Shown one piece after another: positions 1 through 10,066 of a stretch of DNA of 64,000 bases. The translations under genes and the position numbers were made by a program. The notes under the pieces are model-generated. The model saw only the letters and a program-made list of their open reading frames with translations, did no database searches and was not told where the DNA came from. The DNA lies in assembly GCA_016935835.1 (NCBI GenBank), contig JAFGQE010000003.1, positions 5,063 to 69,062 of the forward strand. Reading direction: 5' to 3'. How positions within the stretch are numbered: the first letter of the stretch is position 1; each line of letters begins with the position of its first letter. The stretch is from Clostridia bacterium. Its GTDB lineage: Bacteria; Bacillota; Clostridia; DUPQ01.

Positions 1-187
1 GACATTTGGAAGCTTCGGATGGAGCGGGGAAGCCGCAACCTATATTGACGCTGAACTCGGAAAAACAAAACTAAAAAAGGCGGCCGAACCTGTGAAACTT
101 AAATACACTCCGACAAAAGAAGATTTTAAGCAATGTTTTGAAGCCGGGGTCAAACTTGCGGAGGCAATAAAAAATGATATTCAATGA
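1..187 (+). CDS. 3' end of FprA-family flavodiiron (A-type flavoprotein), partial
   Basis: Frame from nt 2 reads TFGSFGWSGEAATYIDAELGKTKLKK...CFEAGVKLAEAIKNDIQ*. FGS(Y/F)GWSGEA is the flavodoxin-domain signature of FprA. The stop at 185-187 overlaps the next gene. Not in the ORF track because the start lies outside the window. Confidence 0.8.
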   Translation, partial: TFGSFGWSGEAATYIDAELGKTKLKKAAEPVKLKYTPTKEDFKQCFEAGVKLAEAIKNDIQ

Positions 188-1001
188 CGACTGGCATATA
201 CACAGCGAGCATTCCTGCGACGGCGCATGCATGAGGATGGAAGACCTGGTGACAGGTGCGGCTGATAAAGGAATTATGGATTACGGCATAACCGACCATA
301 TTCACACTCAATATAATTTTCCGGACATAATAAACTCAAGGAAAGCATATGAAGTAAATAGAAAACCCGGATTTCACTTCGGTGTCGAAGTAAGCTGCGT
401 TTCCCGATGGGAGATTGACAAGGTTGCCGCCGGAGCCGGCGGGAAGCTTACATATGGAATAAGGGAAGGCGGACCTGCGGGCGGCGAGCTTGCGATTGCC
501 ATAGATGAGGATTATATCGATGCCCGGGGCATAGAATATGTTGTGGCCGGTACACATTGGTCCATGTACGCAGGGCATAGGGCCGAGGATCTGGTCAGGG
601 ATTACCATCGGCAGAATATGTTCCTATCGCAACACCGTCTGGTGGACATTGTCGCCCATCCATGGTGGTACTACGGCCCCTGTGAAGACGGGTGGACGAC
701 GGATTTCGGCATGATTCCCGAATCAATGCACGATGAGTTCGCAAGAAGCTGCATCGAAAACAACAAGCTGGTTGAGATTAACCTTGCGGCAATGCTGCTT
801 GCCAAAAACTACAGCGATAAATTCAAGCGTGAATATATGGAATATCTGGTATTTCTAAAGGAAGCAGGCGTAAGGTTTTCAATAGGGTCGGACTGCCACA
901 ATGAGTTTTACAATCTTGACATGCAGAAGGCATCGGACATGCTAGGGTCCGCTGGTTTTGAAGAATCTGATTTCCATAGCCCGGTGCCGCGGGTTTTGTG
1001 A
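174..1001 (+). CDS. PHP-domain metallo-phosphoesterase (HisJ/YcdX-like)
   Basis: PHP motifs DWHIHSEHSCDG, ITDH, VAHP and GSDCH. Confidence 0.8.
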   Translation: MIFNDDWHIHSEHSCDGACMRMEDLVTGAADKGIMDYGITDHIHTQYNFPDIINSRKAYEVNRKPGFHFGVEVSCVSRWEIDKVAAGAGGKLTYGIREGGPAGGELAIAIDEDYIDARGIEYVVAGTHWSMYAGHRAEDLVRDYHRQNMFLSQHRLVDIVAHPWWYYGPCEDGWTTDFGMIPESMHDEFARSCIENNKLVEINLAAMLLAKNYSDKFKREYMEYLVFLKEAGVRFSIGSDCHNEFYNLDMQKASDMLGSAGFEESDFHSPVPRVL

Positions 1002-1121
1002 CAATGCCATGTGAAAGCTAAATGGCCGGGCGTATTTTTTGCATGCATGCAGCACGCGGGAATCTGGAAGCCAAGCCTTGTTCCCATGTATGCCTCCAGT
1101 TTTACCGAGGTGCGCCGTTAC

Positions 1122-1150
1122 TTGACAACGGTGGATTGATATATTATCAT
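1122..1150 (+). promoter_or_regulatory. sigma-A promoter for the T-box/proS transcript
   Basis: TTGACA (1122-1127), 17-nt spacer, TATCAT (1145-1150). Confidence 0.7.
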
Positions 1151-1170
1151 TCAGGTACAATATTTCTGTT

Positions 1171-1359
1171 CCGATGACGAGAATAAGAAGACCGGAAGTT
1201 TCAGCGACGGGGGATGGTGCAAGCCCCGATCAAAGGTTTTCATCCCACCTTCGAGGAAAACGCGGTGCGGCGATAATGCATAAGTCCGGGAACAGCGGCC
1301 GGACGGGTGGTATAGCGAAGATTTCGTCCCGTGATTATATTTACGGGGCGTTTTATTTT
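1171..1359 (+). ncRNA. T-box riboswitch leader (Pro) with antiterminator and intrinsic terminator
   Basis: Stem I apical element CAGCGACGGGGGATGGTGCAAGCCCCG; CCN codons near 1244-1250; T-box GGGTGGTATAGCG (1305-1317) pairing with CGTCCC (1325-1330); terminator CGTCCCGTGA..TTTACGGGGCG followed by TTTTATTTT. Lies directly upstream of proS, and UGGU matches the A73 discriminator of tRNA-Pro. Confidence 0.85.
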
Positions 1360-1422
1360 GAAAAGCAAGAATCCGTGAATCAGCGAAGAACTGAGCTGCG
1401 GACAATCAATATGGAGGGCAGG

Positions 1423-3120
1423 ATGAGATATTCACAGTTGTTCATACCGACTTTGAGGGAGGTTCCCGCGGAAGCGGAGATCGAGAGCCACAAGCTTATG
1501 ATAAGGGCCGGGCTCATAAGGAAATTTGCCTCGGGCATATATAATTTTCTTCCGCTTGGTTATCGTGTCTTTCGAAAGATAGAGAATATAATACGGGAGG
1601 AAATGGACAGGCAGGGAGGACAGGAGCTTCACATGTCCGCGCTGATACCGGCTGAGGTTCTCAGGGAGTCGGGAAGATGGGATGTCTTCGGGCCGGAGAT
1701 GTTCAAATTGACCGACCGCAGCAGCAGGGAGTTCTGCCTTGGTCCGACCCATGAGGAGTCATTTACGGTGAGCGTAAGAAATGAAGTGCGTTCCTACAAG
1801 AACCTCCCGCAGATACTTTATCAGATACAGACAAAATTCAGGGATGAGATAAGACCCCGATTCGGAGTCATGAGATGCCGGGAGTTCATTATGAAGGACG
1901 CCTACAGCTTTGACAGGGATGAGGCCGGCCTTGATGTGTCGTATCGCAAAATGCACGATGCTTATTGCTCGATCTTTGACAGGTGTGGGCTCGACTACAC
2001 GGTTGTGCAGGCGGATTCGGGGGCGATGGGAGGTTCGGGCTCCGAGGAGTTCATGGTGAAAAGCAATGTGGGCGAAGCTGCGATCGCTTATTGCGATGAT
2101 TGCGGTTATGCGGCGAATGATGAAAAGGCGCAGTGCGTCGAACCATCCGGCCCGGCTGTTTCGAAGCAAGCGGGAATGTTCGAAAAGGTCCATACCCCGG
2201 GAATTGGAAGCATTGACGACCTCTGCGGCTTCTTTGATTGCGGGGCTGAAAAATTCGCCAAGACGCTTATATATCTTGCCGACGGCAAGGCTGTTGCAGC
2301 GGTCATCAGGGGCGACAGGGATCTAAACGAGACCAAGCTGCAGAATCTTCTTGGATGCGTAGTTCTGGAAATGGCCGATCCTGAAAGCATCAGGAAATCC
2401 ACCGGGGCGGAGGTTGGCTTTGCCGGGCCTGTCGGCCTTGGGATCAGGAAGATTATGGACCTTGAAGTCAGGCATATGGTAAATTTCATAACCGGTGCCA
2501 ATGAAACCGATTATCATTTGAAGAATGTAAACCCGGCCGATTGCGGCAATGTTGAATATGCGGATATAAGAAACATAGCGTCAGGGGACGGCTGCCCGGT
2601 ATGCGGCAGTCCGGTGAAAATGGACAGGGGGATAGAAGTCGGACATATATTCAAGCTCGGTACCAAGTACTCCGATGCGCTCGGTTGCACATACCTTGAT
2701 GAGAACGGCAAGGAAAGGCCGATGGTCATGGGAAGCTACGGGATAGGCGTAGCCCGCACCATGGCTGCCATCATTGAACAGAACAACGATTCCGGGGGGA
2801 TCATCTGGCCTGTTGGAGTCGCGCCGTATCAGGTCATCATAATACCGGTCAACACAACTAATGAAGAGCAGGTCGCCCTCTCTGAGGAACTTTATTCAAA
2901 ATTGATTGATGCGGGGATTGACGTATTGCTCGACGACAGGAAGGAACGCGCCGGGGTCAAGTTCAATGACGCCGACCTAATAGGAATTCCGGTCAGGATC
3001 ACAGTTGGAAAAAGGGCGGCTGAAGGCGTCGTGGAGTACAAGATGCGAAGGGATGCTAAAAGCACCGACATGGAATCCGGGGCAGCCCTGGACAGAATCC
3101 GCACCGACCTGGGGTTATAG
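1423..3120 (+). CDS. proS: Proline--tRNA ligase (bacterial type with INS editing domain)
   Basis: [73 protein letters not shown]. Start reset to ATG 1423 (RBS GGAGG). Confidence 0.97.
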   Translation: MRYSQLFIPTLREVPAEAEIESHKLMIRAGLIRKFASGIYNFLPLGYRVFRKIENIIREEMDRQGGQELHMSALIPAEVLRESGRWDVFGPEMFKLTDRSSREFCLGPTHEESFTVSVRNEVRSYKNLPQILYQIQTKFRDEIRPRFGVMRCREFIMKDAYSFDRDEAGLDVSYRKMHDAYCSIFDRCGLDYTVVQADSGAMGGSGSEEFMVKSNVGEAAIAYCDDCGYAANDEKAQCVEPSGPAVSKQAGMFEKVHTPGIGSIDDLCGFFDCGAEKFAKTLIYLADGKAVAAVIRGDRDLNETKLQNLLGCVVLEMADPESIRKSTGAEVGFAGPVGLGIRKIMDLEVRHMVNFITGANETDYHLKNVNPADCGNVEYADIRNIASGDGCPVCGSPVKMDRGIEVGHIFKLGTKYSDALGCTYLDENGKERPMVMGSYGIGVARTMAAIIEQNNDSGGIIWPVGVAPYQVIIIPVNTTNEEQVALSEELYSKLIDAGIDVLLDDRKERAGVKFNDADLIGIPVRITVGKRAAEGVVEYKMRRDAKSTDMESGAALDRIRTDLGL

Positions 3121-3152
3121 TCAAACCGCATGTTTCAGACGCGAAAAAGGAC

Positions 3153-3198
3153 TGTTAACAAATTGTTAATATATCTTGTGTTGGCCGGATGGTATACT
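3153..3198 (+). promoter_or_regulatory. OmpR/WalR-type direct repeat plus extended -10 promoter
   Basis: TGTTAA-N5-TGTTAA at 3153-3169; TG-G-TATACT at 3190-3198; no good -35. Confidence 0.45.
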
Positions 3199-3222
3199 GT
3201 TTGTTAGAAAGAGGTGGTTCAT

Positions 3223-4056
3223 ATGGATGAAAAAATGACAAGGGAACAGGCATTTGAAATCCTCCAGATCGACCCTTCCACGCCAACGGATAAAGTCAAG
3301 ATAAAGTATGAGAATTTCATGAGGCGCGCGAAATTCGATGATACACTGGATGATCGCCTTATAACGAAGGCCTACGATACGATAATGGGAATCGACTGGG
3401 GCAATTTCGAGCCTGACGAGGCATATGCCAAAAAGGGCATAAACAAGAAGAAAATAGAGAATTTCTTCTATCTGTATAAGCGGAACCTCGCTTATGGCGC
3501 AGTGGTTCTTGTGATGGTTACGGTTATACTTCTGTTGATATTTACAGGGCGCGTCAAATACGATTATCAAATTACCCTTATAGGATCGCTCAATATTTCA
3601 GACCAGGAAGTCATGGCCGACTATTATGAAGAGCTGCTGGGGGTTGAGAATGTGATGATTGACTACATTCTAATACAGACCGATTCTGCCGACGGCGCCC
3701 TGACGGGAGAGAGCATGAACAAGCTTTTCGGAGACTTGAACGGGGGTGATTCCGACTTGTTCATAGTTAATCCTGAGTTTGCGAAATTCCTTTCATACGA
3801 CGGAGCCCTGCTGGACATGACCCCTTATCTTGCTGACATGGGTATTGCAGCCGATGACCCTGACCTGCTTCGCTGGTATAAGGAAGGCAACGGGGAAATA
3901 GCAGCCGCATATAAGTTCGGCAACCAGAGCATCTTCAACAGCGGGACCACGGGAAGGGTTCCTGAATATTTTTGCATGCCATACCAGGCTGAGTTCAGCG
4001 ATAAAACCGCCGCTGTTGTAAAAGATTTGATTGAACAAAATAAAGGAACCGAATAA
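3223..4056 (+). CDS. Membrane-anchored protein: N-terminal J-domain-like helices, one TM helix, extracellular solute-binding-like domain
   Basis: AFEILQIDPSTPTDKVKIKYENFMRR resembles DnaJ helices I-II but has no HPD. TM segment LAYGAVVLVMVTVILLLIF. GDSDLFIV..GALLDMTPY resembles an SBP. RBS AGAGG before ATG 3223. Confidence 0.6.
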   Translation: MDEKMTREQAFEILQIDPSTPTDKVKIKYENFMRRAKFDDTLDDRLITKAYDTIMGIDWGNFEPDEAYAKKGINKKKIENFFYLYKRNLAYGAVVLVMVTVILLLIFTGRVKYDYQITLIGSLNISDQEVMADYYEELLGVENVMIDYILIQTDSADGALTGESMNKLFGDLNGGDSDLFIVNPEFAKFLSYDGALLDMTPYLADMGIAADDPDLLRWYKEGNGEIAAAYKFGNQSIFNSGTTGRVPEYFCMPYQAEFSDKTAAVVKDLIEQNKGTE

Positions 4057-4068
4057 GGAGTAAAGTAA

Positions 4069-5034
4069 ATGGAAGTTGCAAGAATAAAGGAGTTTTCAAA
4101 AAAGGTAAAGGACAACATAGGCCGGGTGATTGTAGGCAAGGATGATGTAATCGACCTGGTGTTGGTTTCCCTGTTCTGTTCGGGGCATGTTCTTTTGGAG
4201 GATGTGCCGGGATTGGGAAAGACTGTGCTTGCGAAAAGCCTGGCCAGGTCGGTGGACTGCGGATTCAGAAGAATCCAGTTTACGCCCGACCTCCTGCCGT
4301 CGGATCTTACGGGAATAAGCATATATAACCAGAAGGAATCCGATTTTGTCTTCAGGATGGGTCCGCTGTTCACGAATATCGTGCTGGCTGATGAAATAAA
4401 CAGGGCGACTCCTAGAACGCAGTCAGCATTGCTGGAGTGCATGGAGGAACGCCAGATAACGGTTGAAGGAGATACAAGGAAACTTGACGCTCCATTTTTT
4501 GTCATAGCCACCCAGAATCCGTTGGAAACCCAGGGAACATTTCCTCTGCCCGAAGCCCAGATGGACAGGTTTTTCATGAGATTGTCAATAGGATATCCTG
4601 ATGTTGAGCAGGGACTGGCGATACTGAACAGATTTGAATCCGAAGAGCCTTTTGACGAACTTGGCAGTGTGGCGACGGGCGCGGATATAATAGAGGTTCA
4701 GAAGGACATGAAGAATGTGTCGATAAGCGATGACATAAAGAGATATATCATGGACATAGTCGAGGCAACCAGGAACAGCACAAGGCTTGCGCTTGGTCTG
4801 AGCCCCAGGGGAAGCCTGGCATTGATGAGGGCGGCGAGGGCATATGCGGCGATCAACGGAAGGGATTTTGTAATTCCGGAGGATGTCAAGAAAGTATGCG
4901 TTTCCGTAACCGCCCACCGGGTTATGCTAAAAGGACATGCAATGTCGTCCGGTACACGGGGAACCATATCGGCCATTGAGGAAATTCTTGCATCGGTAAA
5001 GACTCCCACGGAAGAAATCGAAAGGGAAAACTGA
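4069..5034 (+). CDS. MoxR-family AAA+ ATPase
   Basis: GHVLLEDVPGLGKT, RIQFTPDLLPSD, LADEINRATPRTQSALLE, ATQNP, PLPEAQMDRF. Confidence 0.95.
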   Translation: MEVARIKEFSKKVKDNIGRVIVGKDDVIDLVLVSLFCSGHVLLEDVPGLGKTVLAKSLARSVDCGFRRIQFTPDLLPSDLTGISIYNQKESDFVFRMGPLFTNIVLADEINRATPRTQSALLECMEERQITVEGDTRKLDAPFFVIATQNPLETQGTFPLPEAQMDRFFMRLSIGYPDVEQGLAILNRFESEEPFDELGSVATGADIIEVQKDMKNVSISDDIKRYIMDIVEATRNSTRLALGLSPRGSLALMRAARAYAAINGRDFVIPEDVKKVCVSVTAHRVMLKGHAMSSGTRGTISAIEEILASVKTPTEEIEREN

Positions 5035-6179
5035 TGGAACTGGTATTTGTAGTCATTTTATTGATGATCTTTTTTCTGTTTGAGATCATGTTTTTTAAGA
5101 TTACGCTCATGCGCGGCTTGAAATACTCGCTTTCATTCAGCAAACTCGAGGCTTTTGAAGGCGACGAGATGTTCATCGATGAAGAAATCTACAATAGGAA
5201 ACCGGTGCCGGTGCCGTGGGTCAGGGCAGACATACATTCATCGAAGTGGCTGGAGTTTGCAGATGCCAGCTCATCCATTGTCGATGAGAGAAGATTTGTG
5301 ACAAGCGGATTCATGCTGCGTTCATATCAGAGGACCAAAAGGCGCTGGTATATGAAATGCACGAAGCGGGGCATATTCGACATAGACAATGCAACTGTCA
5401 TCTGCGGTGATGTGCTTGGCCTGATATCGGATTCAAAGGCTGTTCCGATCAACAAGAGGCTGGTTGTTTATCCCGGGATGATAGATGTCAATGAGATGTT
5501 CTTTTCAACCAGGGATATCCTCGGTGATGCCGTGGTGAAAAGATTCATAATGGACGATCCCTTTATTGTCAAAGGCATACGGGAATATATTCCGGGCGAC
5601 TCCATCAACAGGGTCAACTGGAAGGCCACCGCGCGCGCCGATAAGCTCATGGTCAATGAAAACGATTTTACGACCAAGATCGGAATAACCGTCCTAATGA
5701 ATGTGCAGTCGGATTATGAGGAGTTTGATTATGTCAAGAACAAGGATGTAATAGAACTTGCCATAAAGGTTTCCGCGACCGCCCTGAACAGAGGATATAC
5801 GCAGGGGGTTCCAGTAAGGTTCGGAAGCAACGCCTGCACGGGCGATGATGAAGTGAATATGATCATGACCGAATCAGGGACCGGACAGGAGCATATGCGG
5901 CACATGCTGTACACACTCGCGCAGATCAGGATGAAGAATATAAGGAGTTTTGAAATTTTCCTGGCTCAGCTGGAGAACAAGATAAGCAATACCCAGGTCT
6001 ATATCATAACTTCCTTCCTCAGCAGGGAAATACTGGATGAGGCCGGAAGGCTGGGTAAGCTTGACAATACCGTGAAGGTTCTGGTGCTTGACACGCCGTC
6101 AGAGGATACTCCGGCGAGTCCCGATGTGGAAGTGTTCCATATGAGGAGAAAGCCCTGGAAAACCGAGGGGGAGATCTGA
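5034..6179 (+). CDS. DUF58 domain protein (MoxR partner)
   Basis: GIREYIPGDSINRVNWKATAR motif, N-terminal TM helix, coupled to moxR. Confidence 0.9.
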   Translation: MELVFVVILLMIFFLFEIMFFKITLMRGLKYSLSFSKLEAFEGDEMFIDEEIYNRKPVPVPWVRADIHSSKWLEFADASSSIVDERRFVTSGFMLRSYQRTKRRWYMKCTKRGIFDIDNATVICGDVLGLISDSKAVPINKRLVVYPGMIDVNEMFFSTRDILGDAVVKRFIMDDPFIVKGIREYIPGDSINRVNWKATARADKLMVNENDFTTKIGITVLMNVQSDYEEFDYVKNKDVIELAIKVSATALNRGYTQGVPVRFGSNACTGDDEVNMIMTESGTGQEHMRHMLYTLAQIRMKNIRSFEIFLAQLENKISNTQVYIITSFLSREILDEAGRLGKLDNTVKVLVLDTPSEDTPASPDVEVFHMRRKPWKTEGEI

Positions 6180-7588
6180 TGACAGGGAACAGAACCACGC
6201 TATTGCGAAAAATAATACCATTCATAGCCATCGCCGGAAGCTGGGGAGGCCTCTCAACGGCTGCAATGCAGATGGCGGGAAGCGAAGACACATTTTTCAA
6301 AACCGGGGTTACTCTCCTTTTATACATATTGGCGGGAACGATTGCGGGCTTTGCCGCGGTGCTTATTTTCGAGAGACGGGGCAGGGATATCATTTCCAGA
6401 AATGTAAAGGGAAATATCTATATAATCAAGCAGCCCGTGTACTTTTTAACCGCCGCGGCAATGATGGTCGCCTTTATAACGAACATGAAGCCTGCCGGCG
6501 CGACCGGTATGACGGCCGCTGTCTTTTTTGGTTTCGCATTCTTTCTGGGCCTGTCGAACGGATTGTTCGATTACAGGGAAAGTGTTTCAAGGAACATACT
6601 GTATCTTGGAGCGGTGCCGATAGGGTTGGGTTTTGTTTACGGCTATTACATTAATGGCGGCGACCAGGCAATAAACATGGTATGGCTGTATGGTTCGGCA
6701 TATCTTTTCAGCTACCTGCTGTTTGTCAACAGGATGAAGCTGAACTCAATCATTTTCTTCAGAAAATCGGTTAACATCGAGGACAGCAAGAAAATCAGGA
6801 TGTTCAACGACTGGCTCATCATTCTCCTGTATATGTTTTATCTTGTCCTGTTCAACTTCAGGAAACTTCTGAATGTGAGTTATGATATCATACTAAGGAT
6901 AATCAACTGGTCCCTGGCCGTCATGTCGGCTATCATGGAATGGCTTCTGGCCGAAGGAGACAGCCTGGAACGGGAGGACCTCAGCGAAAAAGAGAAGCTG
7001 GATGAAGCCGTCTACCCAGAGAATCCTTTGCTGGAGAAAATCCTGAAGATAATCATGTATACGCTTTTCGCCGCGCTTGCGGTCGCGATAGTCGTCGTTC
7101 TGGTTGCCACTATTATCAAGATAATAAAGAAAATCGCGGAAAAACTGCGCAGCAACTACAACAGGTCCATGAGTGAAAAAAAAGTCGAATCCAAGGAATA
7201 TGTCGAGGAGAGCGAGATAATCAAGGACACGGCCAACAAAGACAGCCTGCGTCGCAGAAAGAAGAAATTCAGATACAGTTTGAAAAAACTCGGGGACATA
7301 CCGCTTGCCGGCGACAAGGTAAGGTATGTATACGGATTTGTTCTGGAAAGACTGTATCACAGGCAGGTTGCAATTGAGCCAAGCGATACTCCTGAGGAAA
7401 TCATCGGGAAAATCAGGCGGATCAGGAATGGCGGCAGTCTGAATCAAATGGGATTTGAAGAATTTACGGAAAAGTACAGGAAAGCCAGGTACAGCGGAAA
7501 AGACATCGAACCTGATGAAAACCTGCTTGATAAGGCGGAGAAATTTGAAAAGGCCATATCCGGATTACAAACGGATTCAGATAAATAG
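6179..7588 (+). CDS. Polytopic membrane protein, DUF4129-like C-terminus
   Basis: About 8 hydrophobic segments and a C-terminal PSDTPEEI...FTEKYRKARYS motif, typical of the third gene in MoxR-DUF58 operons. Confidence 0.65.
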   Translation: MTGNRTTLLRKIIPFIAIAGSWGGLSTAAMQMAGSEDTFFKTGVTLLLYILAGTIAGFAAVLIFERRGRDIISRNVKGNIYIIKQPVYFLTAAAMMVAFITNMKPAGATGMTAAVFFGFAFFLGLSNGLFDYRESVSRNILYLGAVPIGLGFVYGYYINGGDQAINMVWLYGSAYLFSYLLFVNRMKLNSIIFFRKSVNIEDSKKIRMFNDWLIILLYMFYLVLFNFRKLLNVSYDIILRIINWSLAVMSAIMEWLLAEGDSLEREDLSEKEKLDEAVYPENPLLEKILKIIMYTLFAALAVAIVVVLVATIIKIIKKIAEKLRSNYNRSMSEKKVESKEYVEESEIIKDTANKDSLRRRKKKFRYSLKKLGDIPLAGDKVRYVYGFVLERLYHRQVAIEPSDTPEEIIGKIRRIRNGGSLNQMGFEEFTEKYRKARYSGKDIEPDENLLDKAEKFEKAISGLQTDSDK

Positions 7589-7612
7589 GCGCAGGGCCCA
7601 TATTCCGGGGAA

Positions 7613-7641
7613 TTGACTTTTAGGAAAAGCGTCAATATAAT
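7613..7641 (+). promoter_or_regulatory. sigma-A promoter of lon
   Basis: TTGACT (7613-7618), 17-nt spacer, TATAAT (7636-7641). Confidence 0.75.
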
Positions 7642-7686
7642 GTTTAGGCAGGTTTTTGCCTGCTTTTTCGGCTAGAAGGAGCTTAT

Positions 7687-10026
7687 ATGAAGAATGAAAA
7701 CAGCAATACGAATATATACCCGATGATTCCGCTCAGGGGAATTACGGTATTCCCGCATATGACGATACATTTTGATGTCGGCAGGGGCAAGTCGGTTTCC
7801 GCCCTTGAAAAGGCGATGGCAGGGGATCAGTTGATTTTCCTTGTGACGCAAAAGGATGCGGTGGTCGAAGAGCCTGGGATGGATGACATATATAAAACGG
7901 GAACGCTCTCCAAGATCAAGCAGCTGCTCAGGCTCCCGGGAAAGACCGTCAGGGTTTTGGTAGAGGGCATCCAAAGGGGAGAAATAATTTCCTATGTTTC
8001 ATCCGAGCCGTATTTCGAGGTTGAGGCGTTGACTTTCGATAACAATGGCAGGATATCCGGAAAGAGGGAGGAGGCCCTGCGAAGGAAGGCCGTCGAGGCA
8101 TTTGAGTCATATGCGGCCCTGGCGGGAAGAATATCACCTGATACCGTTTTTGCGATCATTACTACCGAGGATACAGGTAAATTGTCAGATATGATAGCCG
8201 GAAGCATGACGCTGAAGACGGACCAAAGGCAGGAACTGCTTTCGGAAAAAGACAGCGTCAAACGAATAGCGAAGCTTCTCCCGATAATCCATAATGAAAT
8301 ACAGATACTGGAGCTTGAGCGGGACATATCGTCCAAGGTCAAGGGACAGATAGATGAAATGCAGAAACAGTATTATCTGAAGGAGCAGCTCAAGATAATC
8401 AGGGAGGAGCTTGGTGAGGATGAAGTTGATTCAGAGGATGAGATACAGGAGTATTACGACCAGCTTGACAAGCGTGATTATCCGGTTGAAGTAAAGGATA
8501 AGATCGAAAAGGAAATCGGCCGGCTGGTCAAGATGAGCCCGATCTCAGCGGAAGCGTCGGTTCTGAGGACATACATCGAGTGGCTGATTAATATGCCATG
8601 GGACAAGACAACGGAAGAAAAGCTGGAACCGGCGCAGGCCAGGGTTATACTTGAGAGGGACCATTACGGACTGGACAAAGTAAAGGAAAGAATAATAGAG
8701 TACATAGCGTCAAGGAAAATGGCCAAGGACTTCAACAGCCCGATATTATGTCTCGTTGGTCCTCCGGGAGTGGGAAAAACCTCGATAGTGAAGTCAATTG
8801 CCGAGGCGGTCAATAGGAAATATGTCAGGATGTCGCTCGGCGGAGTACGTGACGAGGCGGAAATCAGGGGCCACAGAAGGACATATGTGGGCTCGATGCC
8901 GGGAAGGATCGTCAAGGCCATAAGCCAGGCCGACAGCATGAATCCTCTTATATTGTTCGATGAAATTGATAAAATGAGCAGTGATTTCAGAGGAGATCCG
9001 GCATCCGCCATGCTCGAGGTGCTTGATTCGGAACAAAATTATTCATTCCGCGACCATTATCTGGAGGTTCCACTTGACCTTAGGCAGGTAATGTTCATCA
9101 CGACTGCCAACACGGCTGACACAATTCCGCAACCATTGCTCGACAGGATGGAAGTAATATACATATCGGGATACACCACCGAGGAGAAAGAGAACATAGC
9201 GAAGAAATTCCTGATTCCCAAACAGATGAAGAAGCACGGCCTTACAAACTCCCGGTTCGGGATATCCGACAGTGCGCTGAGCGGAATAATCAGCAACTAT
9301 ACCAGGGAGTCGGGAGTCAGGACGCTTGAGAGGGAAATAGCCTCCGCCTGCAGAAAAGCAGTGACAAGGCTTGTGGAAGACGGTGTTCCATCTGTAAAAA
9401 TAACGTCAAGGAACATCGAGGACTTTTTCGGCCCCAAAAAATTTGCATATGAAAAAGCCCTCGAAACCGATGAAATAGGAATTGCGCGAGGGCTTGCATG
9501 GACACCGGCGGGAGGCGACACCCTCTCGATAGAAGTCAACACAATGCCCGGAAGCGGAAAGCTTGAACTGACGGGCCGCCTGGGCGATGTAATGAAGGAG
9601 TCGGCGAAGGCCGCATACGGATATATCAGGTCAAGGACAGACAAACTTGGAATAGACGGGGATTTCTATAAATCCACGGATATACATGTCCATGTGCCCG
9701 AGGGAGCGGTTCCAAAGGACGGCCCGTCAGCGGGCATCACACTGGCAACCGCGATTATATCGGCCCTTACACAGATGCCGGTCAGCAAGGAAGTTGCCAT
9801 GACGGGTGAAATAACGCTAAGGGGACGGGTTCTTCCGATTGGCGGACTTAAGGAAAAGCTTACCGCGGCCAGGAGGGCCGGGATGAAAAAGGCAATAATT
9901 CCATATGCCAATAAAAGCGAGCTGGTGGAAATCAGTGAGGAAGTAAAGAATTCGCTGGAAATAATCCCCGTGAAATCAATGGACGAGGTTCTTGGCATAG
10001 CATTGAAGCAGCATAAAGATAAATAA
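7687..10026 (+). CDS. lon: ATP-dependent Lon protease
   Basis: LON N-domain PMIPLRG, Walker A GPPGVGKTS, DEIDK, catalytic PKDGPSAG, VAMTGEITLRG. Confidence 0.98.
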   Translation: MKNENSNTNIYPMIPLRGITVFPHMTIHFDVGRGKSVSALEKAMAGDQLIFLVTQKDAVVEEPGMDDIYKTGTLSKIKQLLRLPGKTVRVLVEGIQRGEIISYVSSEPYFEVEALTFDNNGRISGKREEALRRKAVEAFESYAALAGRISPDTVFAIITTEDTGKLSDMIAGSMTLKTDQRQELLSEKDSVKRIAKLLPIIHNEIQILELERDISSKVKGQIDEMQKQYYLKEQLKIIREELGEDEVDSEDEIQEYYDQLDKRDYPVEVKDKIEKEIGRLVKMSPISAEASVLRTYIEWLINMPWDKTTEEKLEPAQARVILERDHYGLDKVKERIIEYIASRKMAKDFNSPILCLVGPPGVGKTSIVKSIAEAVNRKYVRMSLGGVRDEAEIRGHRRTYVGSMPGRIVKAISQADSMNPLILFDEIDKMSSDFRGDPASAMLEVLDSEQNYSFRDHYLEVPLDLRQVMFITTANTADTIPQPLLDRMEVIYISGYTTEEKENIAKKFLIPKQMKKHGLTNSRFGISDSALSGIISNYTRESGVRTLEREIASACRKAVTRLVEDGVPSVKITSRNIEDFFGPKKFAYEKALETDEIGIARGLAWTPAGGDTLSIEVNTMPGSGKLELTGRLGDVMKESAKAAYGYIRSRTDKLGIDGDFYKSTDIHVHVPEGAVPKDGPSAGITLATAIISALTQMPVSKEVAMTGEITLRGRVLPIGGLKEKLTAARRAGMKKAIIPYANKSELVEISEEVKNSLEIIPVKSMDEVLGIALKQHKDK

Positions 10027-10030
10027 AAAT

Positions 10031-10055
10031 ACGGCGCCGGCGCAGGCGCTGTTTT
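10031..10055 (+). terminator. Probable intrinsic terminator after lon
   Basis: ACGGCGCC-GGCGCA-GGCGCTGT followed by a short T run. Confidence 0.45.
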
Positions 10056-10066
10056 GGGGAGCTCCA

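Noticed and set aside
1174..1422. 83-aa N-terminal extension of ProS in the ORF track
   Set aside because: The region is the T-box leader. ProS homology and an RBS begin at ATG 1423.
3153..3175. Rex operator
   Set aside because: The half-sites are in the wrong order and spacing for TTGTTAA-N4-TTAACAA.
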